Positions 56,976-64,000 of a stretch of 64,000 nucleotides of DNA are shown here, piece after piece. Position 1 is the stretch's first letter. The number at the start of each line of letters is the position of its first letter. Location of the stretch: NCBI GenBank assembly GCA_963669175.1, contig OY769902.1, forward strand, positions 2,176,001-2,240,000, read 5' to 3'. A model generated the notes under the pieces. That model saw nothing but the letters and a program-made list of their open reading frames with translations, did no database searches and was not told the origin of the DNA. The position numbers and the translations under genes are program-made. The DNA comes from a bacterium (GTDB lineage: Bacteria; Electryoneota; Electryoneia; Electryoneales; Electryoneaceae).

Positions 56976-58250
56976 ATGCCCGATAACGGGGCTGCGGAAA
57001 GCCGTTTAAAGGCCGGAGTGGTTGTTGTCGGCGGCGGTATTGCCGGAATTACCACTGCGGTAGAAGCGTCAGAAGCAGGCCTCGATGTCGTGCTCGTCGA
57101 GAGAGAAGCCACACTCGGCGGGCGGGTCGCGAGGCTCAACCATTACTTCCCCAAGATGTGTCCTCCATCATGCGGATTGGAAATTAACTTCCGTCGCCTG
57201 AGGGACAACGAAAAGGTCGAAATCTATACGCTGTCTGAAGTTGAGAAGATTGAAGGCAGCGAGGGCAATTACACCGTGACTATCAAGGTCAATCCACGGT
57301 ATGTGAAGCCCTGGGCCGGGGACTACACGGAATGGGCGAAAACCTGTCCTGTTGAAGTGGAAGACGATTTTAACTACGGGCTTTGCAAGCGCAAAGGCTT
57401 GTATTTCCCGTTTGAAAACGCCTATCCGTCACAATGGATTATTGACGCAAGTGTTGTGAATGATCCCAAGTTCCAGGAATGGGTCAAGGAATGTCCGGAT
57501 AACGGCATTGACCTGACGGAACAATCTCGCACGGTAGTTGTGGAATGCGCCAGCATCGCCTGGGCGACCGGTTGGAAACCCTACGACGCATCCAAGATTG
57601 ATTTACTGAACTACGGCAAGCATCCCGATATCGTCACCAATGTCCAGATGGAGCGTCTGTGCAGCCATGCCGGTCCGACCGGTGGCAAGCTGGTCAAGCT
57701 GTCTGATGGCGGTGAAGTCAAGTCCGTAGCCTTCCTGCAGTGTACCGGTAGTCGTGATGAGAACCACCTGCCGTTCTGCAGTGGTGTCTGCTGCACAGCT
57801 TCCCTGAAGCAGGCTTCCTACGTTCTGGATCAGTATCCCGATGCGGATGTCCACATGTTCTACATCGACGTTCGCACCCCGGGCCGCCTGGAAGACTTTT
57901 ACCAGGAACGTCAGGCGATTGAAAAGATCCAGCTTCACCGTGGCAAGGGCATCAAGGTTGATCCGGTAGACGGCGGTCTGGAAGTAACCGCTGAGAATAC
58001 ACTGACCGGGGAACTGAAGAAGTACACAGTTGACCTGGTAGTGTTGGCGACGGGTATGGAACCGGCCACACGGACAGAGAAGCCACCGATTGACGCGGAA
58101 TTGGACGAGTTGGGCTTCATGGTCCAGAACGACGACGCTTCCGGCATTTACGGCGTGGGAACAACAGTTCGCCCGCTGGGTGTCGCGGAAACGCTTCAGG
58201 ATGCAACCGGTGCAGCGATCAAGGCGCTTCACATGGCGAGGAGGAGCTAA
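56976..58250 (+). CDS. qmoA: Quinone-interacting membrane-bound oxidoreductase subunit A (HdrA-like)
   Basis: VVGGGIAG, LGGRVARLNHYFPKMCPPSCGLEIN, QCTGSRDENHLPFCSGVCCTASLKQ. 424 aa. Confidence 0.95.
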   Translation: MPDNGAAESRLKAGVVVVGGGIAGITTAVEASEAGLDVVLVEREATLGGRVARLNHYFPKMCPPSCGLEINFRRLRDNEKVEIYTLSEVEKIEGSEGNYTVTIKVNPRYVKPWAGDYTEWAKTCPVEVEDDFNYGLCKRKGLYFPFENAYPSQWIIDASVVNDPKFQEWVKECPDNGIDLTEQSRTVVVECASIAWATGWKPYDASKIDLLNYGKHPDIVTNVQMERLCSHAGPTGGKLVKLSDGGEVKSVAFLQCTGSRDENHLPFCSGVCCTASLKQASYVLDQYPDADVHMFYIDVRTPGRLEDFYQERQAIEKIQLHRGKGIKVDPVDGGLEVTAENTLTGELKKYTVDLVVLATGMEPATRTEKPPIDAELDELGFMVQNDDASGIYGVGTTVRPLGVAETLQDATGAAIKALHMARRS

Positions 58251-58253
58251 CCG

Positions 58254-60530
58254 ATGGCATTGGATGTCAAACTCGGCGTCTACGTCGTTAAAGATAAAGA
58301 AACTGAAGAATACCTCAGCATCGACCGTATGGAAGAAGCCGCGAAAGAAGAAAAAGCGGTTGTCTTCAAGATGGTTGAGAACCTGACCAGCCCCGAAGGC
58401 GAAGAGCTGATCCGCAAGGATATCGAGGAACATGGCCTGGATCGTATTCTGGTCATGGATCGCAGCTATCGTGCGTATCCGCAGTATTTCGACTTCGGCA
58501 CTGAGATCCTGGTCGAGCGTGTTCCGCTGAAGGAATGGGTCATCTGGTCACACGATCCCGATGATGATCCCGATGACGAAGACGAGAACCATACCCAGCG
58601 CATCGCGGAAGATTACCTGCACATGTTCGCAGTTCGTCTGCAGAACATCAAACCACCGAAACCGGAAGAGCTGAAAGAGCCGATCACCTATGCGAAGAAC
58701 GTATTGGTGCTGGGCGGTGGTGTGGCTGGTTTGCGTAGCGCGTTGGATGCGGCTTTGGCCGGATACGAAGTAGAACTGGTTGAGAAGGAAGCTCAGCTTG
58801 GCGGTTGGGCAGCCAAGTTCGGCAAGTCCTTCCCGACACGTCCACCGTACGACAAGCTGGTCAACAGCAATGTTTCCGAATTGATCGAAAAGGTCATGGG
58901 GAACGACAAGATCAATGTCCGTTTGAGCACAACCGTCAAGAAGATCACCGGCGCTCCCGGACGTTTCATGGTCAACCTGCAAAACGGTGGCGAACCGGAA
59001 GAGATCAAGATCGGTTCTGTAATCCAGGCAACTGGCTGGAAGCCGTACGATGCGACCAAGCTTGGCCATTTGGGCTATGGCGAGAAGAATGTTGTTACCA
59101 ACATCCAGTTCGAAGAGATGTTGAGCAGCGGCGCGATCAAGCTGGACAACGGTTCAGCGCCGAAATCGATTGCGTTTATTCAGTGCGCAGGCAGCCGTGA
59201 CAAAGATCATCTGCCGTACTGCAGCGCCGTATGCTGCCGTGCCAGCCTGAAGCACGCGATGCAGATCCGCGAGCTGATGCCTGACACCAAAGTCTACATC
59301 CTGTACAAGGACATTCGCAGTCCGGGACAATATGAGCTGTTCTACCAGGCGGCTCAGAATGATCCGGGCTTTTTCTTTACCAAGGGTGAAGTGGTCAACG
59401 TGGCGGCCAATGGCGGCGGCCTGAAGATTGACCTCGATGAAACCCTGCTTGGCGACCAGATTACTGTGGAAGCCGACATGCTGGTGCTGGCGACCGGTAT
59501 GGTTCCGACCACCAAGGTTGAGGACACGGTTGCGGCGACAGTCGAAGGCGGCGAGAGCAAGCCGGACGCCAAGGTTGAAGAGACCACGGAAGACGGCAAG
59601 AAGGCTGCCTCCGGCGCTGAAAAGGGCGCGAAGATCCTGAACCTGACGTATCGCCAGGGTACCGACCTTCCGACGCTGAAGTACGGTTTCCCTGACAGCC
59701 ACTTCATCTGCTTCCCGTATGAAACCCGCCGTTCCGCGATTTTTGCGGCCGGTTGTGTACGTGCGCCGATGGACACCGCGCAAGCGGCCAACGATGCGGC
59801 CGGTGCAGCTTTGAAGGCAGTACAGGCTGTCGAACTGGTCGAGCAGAATCGTGCGCTGCATCCGCGTTCACGCGACCTGAGCTGGCCGAACTTCTACCTC
59901 AGCCGCTGTACCCAGTGTAAGCGCTGTACTGAAGACTGCCCGTTCGGCGCCCTGGATGAGGATGTCAAGGGGACCCCGAAACCGAATACGGAACGCTGCC
60001 GTCGTTGTGGTACCTGCATGGGCGCCTGCCCGGAACGTATCATCAACTTCGAAAACTACAGTGTGCCGTCCGGTTCCGCGATGATGAAGGCTTTCGAGAT
60101 GCCGGAAGAGGACATGGAAATGCCGCGTATTCTCGCATTCGTTTGCGAGAACGACGCATTGCCGGCACTGGAAATGGCTGCACAGAAACGGATGAAGTTC
60201 AGCAGCAATGTCCGCATTATTCCGGTACGCTGCCTTGGTTCGGTCAACCTGGTGTGGATCACCAACGCACTCGATGCGGGCTATGACGCGATCATGCTGA
60301 TCGGTTGCAAGCACGGTGATGACTACCAGTGCCACTTTGTCCGTGGTTCCGAACTTGCCGAGTATCGTATGGGCAACGTGCAGGAGAAACTGAAGCAGAT
60401 GTCGCTCGAGGAAGAGCGCGTGCAGACGTATTCCATCGCGATCGACGAATGGCACAAGATTCCGGGTCTGTTCGAAGCGATGGATGAGACTGTGGAAGAA
60501 GTCGGCGCGAATCCGTTTAAAGATTTCTAG
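58254..60530 (+). CDS. qmoB: Quinone-interacting membrane-bound oxidoreductase subunit B
   Basis: HdrA-like FAD domain, CAGSRD..HLPYCS, GFPDSHFICFPYETRR, two ferredoxin motifs, C-terminal MvhD-like CENDA..VRCLGS..GCKHGDDYQCHF. Confidence 0.96.
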   Translation: MALDVKLGVYVVKDKETEEYLSIDRMEEAAKEEKAVVFKMVENLTSPEGEELIRKDIEEHGLDRILVMDRSYRAYPQYFDFGTEILVERVPLKEWVIWSHDPDDDPDDEDENHTQRIAEDYLHMFAVRLQNIKPPKPEELKEPITYAKNVLVLGGGVAGLRSALDAALAGYEVELVEKEAQLGGWAAKFGKSFPTRPPYDKLVNSNVSELIEKVMGNDKINVRLSTTVKKITGAPGRFMVNLQNGGEPEEIKIGSVIQATGWKPYDATKLGHLGYGEKNVVTNIQFEEMLSSGAIKLDNGSAPKSIAFIQCAGSRDKDHLPYCSAVCCRASLKHAMQIRELMPDTKVYILYKDIRSPGQYELFYQAAQNDPGFFFTKGEVVNVAANGGGLKIDLDETLLGDQITVEADMLVLATGMVPTTKVEDTVAATVEGGESKPDAKVEETTEDGKKAASGAEKGAKILNLTYRQGTDLPTLKYGFPDSHFICFPYETRRSAIFAAGCVRAPMDTAQAANDAAGAALKAVQAVELVEQNRALHPRSRDLSWPNFYLSRCTQCKRCTEDCPFGALDEDVKGTPKPNTERCRRCGTCMGACPERIINFENYSVPSGSAMMKAFEMPEEDMEMPRILAFVCENDALPALEMAAQKRMKFSSNVRIIPVRCLGSVNLVWITNALDAGYDAIMLIGCKHGDDYQCHFVRGSELAEYRMGNVQEKLKQMSLEEERVQTYSIAIDEWHKIPGLFEAMDETVEEVGANPFKDF

Positions 60531-60539
60531 ACCATTTTC

Positions 60540-60567
60540 CGTTCCCCGGTTTTCAGGTCGGGGAACG
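60540..60567 (+). other. Intercistronic hairpin between qmoB and sat
   Basis: cgttcccc..ggggaacg with no following U tract. Confidence 0.45.
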
Positions 60568-60631
60568 AGTTGATAGACAACAAAGATTACTGACCAATAG
60601 TCAGGCTTAAACCCAACAAGGGGACAAACAC

Positions 60632-61882
60632 ATGGCATCCAATTTGGTTCCCCCGCATGGTAGTGACGAACTCGTCATTCTTTTGCTGGAAGGCGAAGAG
60701 CGGGCAGCAGAACTGAAGAAGGCGGAAGGGTTGAAGAAGGTTCCGATGACGTCGCGTGAAACCGGCGACCTGATTTTCATGGGCATCGGTGGCTTTACTC
60801 CGCTGAAGGGCTTCATGGGCAAGGAAGACTGGGAGCATGTCTGCTCCGAGATGAAGATGCCGTCGATGAACGGCTTGTTCTGGCCCATTCCCGTGACCCT
60901 GTCCGCAGACAAGGATCTTGCTGACACGATCGAGGTCGGGGAAGAGGTAGCTCTGTGGTCTGATGAGTTCAATGAGATCATGGGCACCATGAAGGTCGAA
61001 GAGAAGTACACGATCGACAAAGAATTCGAATGCAAGCACGTCTACACCACGACTGACCTGGAACATCCCGGTGTCAAGATGGTGATGGATCAGAAGGAAA
61101 TTAACCTGGCCGGCCCGGTAAAGGCGCTGAGCGAAGGTACTTTCCCGACAGAATTCGAAGGCATCTACAAGCGTCCGGCAGAAGTTCGTGCGGAATTTGA
61201 CAAGCGTGGCTGGCGGACCGTAGCGGCCCTGCAGCTTCGTAACCCGATGCACCGCAGCCATGAATACCTGGCCAAGATCGCGGGTGAAGTCAGCGATGGT
61301 ATCTTCATCCACCAGTTGGTTGGTAAGCTGAAGCCCGGCGACATCCCCGCCGACGTCCGCGTGAAGTGCATTGACACACTCGTAGACAACTATTTCGTAA
61401 AAGACAACGTGTACGCCGGTGGTTACCCGCTGGATATGCGTTATGCCGGTCCGCGTGAAGGCCTCCTGCACGCCCTGTTCCGTCAGAACTTCGGCTGCTC
61501 CCACATGATCATCGGCCGTGACCACGCCGGTGTGGGCGACTACTACGGCCCGTTCGACGCACAGAACATCTTCCACGAACTGTGGGAAGGCGCGTTGATC
61601 TGCAAGAACCTGAACATTGACTGGACTTTCTGGTGCTACACCTGCAACGGCATGGCCTCGATGAAGACCTGCCCGCATAGCAAGGAAGAGCGCCTGTTCC
61701 TGTCCGGCACCAAGCTTCGCAAGATGCTCAGCGAAGGCATGGCGGATGAGATCCCGAAGGAATTCAGTCGTCCGGAAGTCCTCGAAATTCTGGTTGAGTA
61801 TTACAGCGGCCTCGAGGAGAAGGTGGAAATCAAGGAACACCGTGCTTCCACCGGTATGGACAACCAAGACGCAAAGAAGTAA
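60632..61882 (+). CDS. sat: Sulfate adenylyltransferase, dissimilatory type
   Basis: [64 protein letters not shown]. Confidence 0.98.
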   Translation: MASNLVPPHGSDELVILLLEGEERAAELKKAEGLKKVPMTSRETGDLIFMGIGGFTPLKGFMGKEDWEHVCSEMKMPSMNGLFWPIPVTLSADKDLADTIEVGEEVALWSDEFNEIMGTMKVEEKYTIDKEFECKHVYTTTDLEHPGVKMVMDQKEINLAGPVKALSEGTFPTEFEGIYKRPAEVRAEFDKRGWRTVAALQLRNPMHRSHEYLAKIAGEVSDGIFIHQLVGKLKPGDIPADVRVKCIDTLVDNYFVKDNVYAGGYPLDMRYAGPREGLLHALFRQNFGCSHMIIGRDHAGVGDYYGPFDAQNIFHELWEGALICKNLNIDWTFWCYTCNGMASMKTCPHSKEERLFLSGTKLRKMLSEGMADEIPKEFSRPEVLEILVEYYSGLEEKVEIKEHRASTGMDNQDAKK

Positions 61883-61961
61883 GATTTTCATAACCGAGCA
61901 ATCGGTCAAAACAGGTGGGGTGGCTTAAAAGCAACCCCCGGGAACGTTCAAGGAGGGTTTC

Positions 61962-62399
61962 ATGCCTAGTTATGTGATCCCCGACAAGTGCGACGGGTGC
62001 AAGGCACTGGACAAGACAGCTTGCCAGTTTATTTGCCCCAACGATCTCATGGTACTGAACAAAGAGATCGAAAAGGCGTACAATCGGGAGCCCGAACTGT
62101 GCTGGGAATGCTACAACTGCGTAAAGATTTGCCCGGTGCAGGCTATTGAGGTGCGCGGCTATGCTGACTTCGTGCCAATGGGCGCCACGGTAACTCCGAT
62201 GCGCGGCAGCGACAGCATCATGTGGACGGTAAAATTCCGGAACGGCGAACTGAAACGATTCAAGTTCCCGATTCGCACAACTGAAGAAGGTAGTGCGGTG
62301 CCGGATGGTGGCTATGCCACAGGAACTGACGACATCAAGTCGCCGATTCTGTTTACCGAGCCCGAGTCCATCCGTGCAGATTTCTTCACTTTGAAGTAG
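61962..62399 (+). CDS. aprB: Adenylylsulfate reductase beta subunit
   Basis: MPSYV..KCDGCK..ACQFICPNDLM..CWECYNCVKICP..RGYADF..KRFKFPIRTT. Confidence 0.98.
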   Translation: MPSYVIPDKCDGCKALDKTACQFICPNDLMVLNKEIEKAYNREPELCWECYNCVKICPVQAIEVRGYADFVPMGATVTPMRGSDSIMWTVKFRNGELKRFKFPIRTTEEGSAVPDGGYATGTDDIKSPILFTEPESIRADFFTLK

Positions 62400-62414
62400 A
62401 AGGAGGAGAGGACT

Positions 62415-64000
62415 GTGGAAAATTTTGAACGCGTAACCGTCGAAACCGATCTTCTGATTATCGGTGGCGGTATGTCGATGTGTGGTGCTGCAGTAGAAGC
62501 CGCCCACTGGGCAAAGCAGCACAACCTGAAGGTTACCCTCGTGGACAAGGCCGCGATGGACCGCTCCGGCGCCGTCGCGATGGGGCTTTCCGCGATCAAC
62601 CAGTACGTTGACCTGACCTCCGGCAACAACACCGTGCAGGATTATGTCAACTACGTGAAGCAGGACCTCATGGGTATCACCCGTGAAGACCTGGTCGCCA
62701 ACATTGCTCGTCACGTGGACTCAACCGTCCACCTGTTCGAGAAGTGGGGACTTCCGATTTGGAAAGATGAAGCTGGCAATTACGTCCATGAAGGTCGTTG
62801 GCAGCTCATGATCAACGGTGAATCCTACAAGGTCATCGTTGCCGAAGCCGCGAAGAACGCCCTGGCGTCCCTCGGCGATAACGGCGAGATCTACGAACGT
62901 GTCTTCATCACCGAACCGCTGGTGAAGGACGGCAAGGTCATCGGCGCTATCGGCTTCAGCGTCCGTGAAAACAAGCTGTACACCTTCCTCGCCAAGTCCA
63001 TCGTGATGGGCATGGGCGGCGCGGTACACGTCTTCAAGCCGCGTAGCTCCGGTGAAGGTCTGGGTCGTGCATGGTATCCGCCGTGGAACACCGGTTCCTC
63101 CACATACTTCTGCGCGAAGGCCGGCGCTGAGCTGACCTGCCAGGAAGTCCGCTTCATCCCCGTCCGCTTCAAGGATGGTTATGGCCCGGTAGGCGCCTGG
63201 TTCCTGCTGTTTAAATCCCGCGCCACGAACGCCATGGGTGGTGAATACATGGTAGAACGCCGTGAAGAGCTCGAAAACTGGGCTCCCTACGGTAAGGTGA
63301 AGCCGATCCCGGCCAACCTGCGTAACTACCTTGGTATGCTGGACATCATGGAAGGCAAGGGCCCGATCTACATGCGCACCGAAGAAGCCATGCAGAAATT
63401 GGCCGACGCCTACAAGGATGACCCCAAGGGCTACAAGAAGAAGAAGAAGGAACTCGAGGCGGAAGCCTGGGAAGACTTCCTGGATATGACCATCAGCCAG
63501 GCGCTCCTGTGGGCGGCCAGCGATGTGCACCCGGAAGAACGTTCCTCCGAAATCGCCGCGGCAGAACCGTACTTCATCGGTTCCCACTCCGGCGCTTCCG
63601 GCGCATGGGTCTCCGGTCCGGAAGATCTGCAGACTGCAGATACGAAGGATGATTACTTCTGGGGCTATGCCAACATGTCCACCGTGCCGGGTCTGTTCTG
63701 CGCGGGCGACGCGTCTGGCGCCAGCTCCCACAAGTTCTCCTCCGGCTCCCACGCAGAAGGCCGTATCGCTGCCAAGGCCGCGGTCGACTACCTGCTGGAC
63801 AACAATGTCGCCCCGACCTATGATGGCGACCTTGATGCCATGTTCGAAAACCTGCTGACCCCGCTCAAGCTGTATGATGCGCATCACGCAGAGACCTCGG
63901 ACAACGAGATCAACCCGAACTACATCCGTCCCAAGATGTTCATGTTCCGTCTGCAGAAGATCATGGACGAGTACGCTGCTGGTGTGAGCTCACAGTTCAC
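62415..64000 (+). CDS. aprA: Adenylylsulfate reductase alpha subunit (3' truncated; absent from the ORF track)
   Basis: AGGAGG RBS and GTG start. DLLIIGGG, DKAAMDRSGAVAMGLSAIN, WQLMINGESYK, RFKDGYGPVGAWFL, HKFSSGSHAEGR. Confidence 0.98.
   Translation, partial: MENFERVTVETDLLIIGGGMSMCGAAVEAAHWAKQHNLKVTLVDKAAMDRSGAVAMGLSAINQYVDLTSGNNTVQDYVNYVKQDLMGITREDLVANIARHVDSTVHLFEKWGLPIWKDEAGNYVHEGRWQLMINGESYKVIVAEAAKNALASLGDNGEIYERVFITEPLVKDGKVIGAIGFSVRENKLYTFLAKSIVMGMGGAVHVFKPRSSGEGLGRAWYPPWNTGSSTYFCAKAGAELTCQEVRFIPVRFKDGYGPVGAWFLLFKSRATNAMGGEYMVERREELENWAPYGKVKPIPANLRNYLGMLDIMEGKGPIYMRTEEAMQKLADAYKDDPKGYKKKKKELEAEAWEDFLDMTISQALLWAASDVHPEERSSEIAAAEPYFIGSHSGASGAWVSGPEDLQTADTKDDYFWGYANMSTVPGLFCAGDASGASSHKFSSGSHAEGRIAAKAAVDYLLDNNVAPTYDGDLDAMFENLLTPLKLYDAHHAETSDNEINPNYIRPKMFMFRLQKIMDEYAAGVSSQF

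Noticed and set aside
57603-63887. Long antisense ORFs over qmoAB, sat and aprA (440, 388, 294, 276 aa)
   Set aside because: Shadow frames caused by codon bias of the real genes. The same applies to 26450-27589, 51629-52915 and 16351-17289.

Overview
A 64-kb bacterial chromosomal segment with about 50 genes. I found no rRNA, tRNA, CRISPR array or intact transposase. A large protein with a T9SS-type C-terminal sorting domain, WG-repeat and other lipoproteins, and a moxR-DUF58-batA unit point to an FCB-group organism (inference). The right end carries dissimilatory sulfur genes in the order qmoA-qmoB-sat-aprB-aprA, with no qmoC in view, next to siroheme genes (sirC, hemC, cobA/hemD). Main observations: (1) five tandem paralogous, uncharacterised Ig-like lipoproteins in one apparent operon with a PdxJ-fold protein that has lost most catalytic residues; (2) a GTGAA-N4-TTCAC palindrome in front of three unrelated transcription units (a 582-aa Rossmann protein, an OPT transporter, qmoA), two copies centred at -61.5 of predicted sigma70 promoters; (3) an 1828-aa secreted protein with an ELD(E) motif closing three insertions; (4) a near-perfect 5.2 x 135-bp tandem array and several families of REP-like palindromes; (5) a sigma54-driven stand-alone TonB-C protein and a frameshifted serine-hydrolase fusion. 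All calls come from motif recognition by eye; no searches were run.
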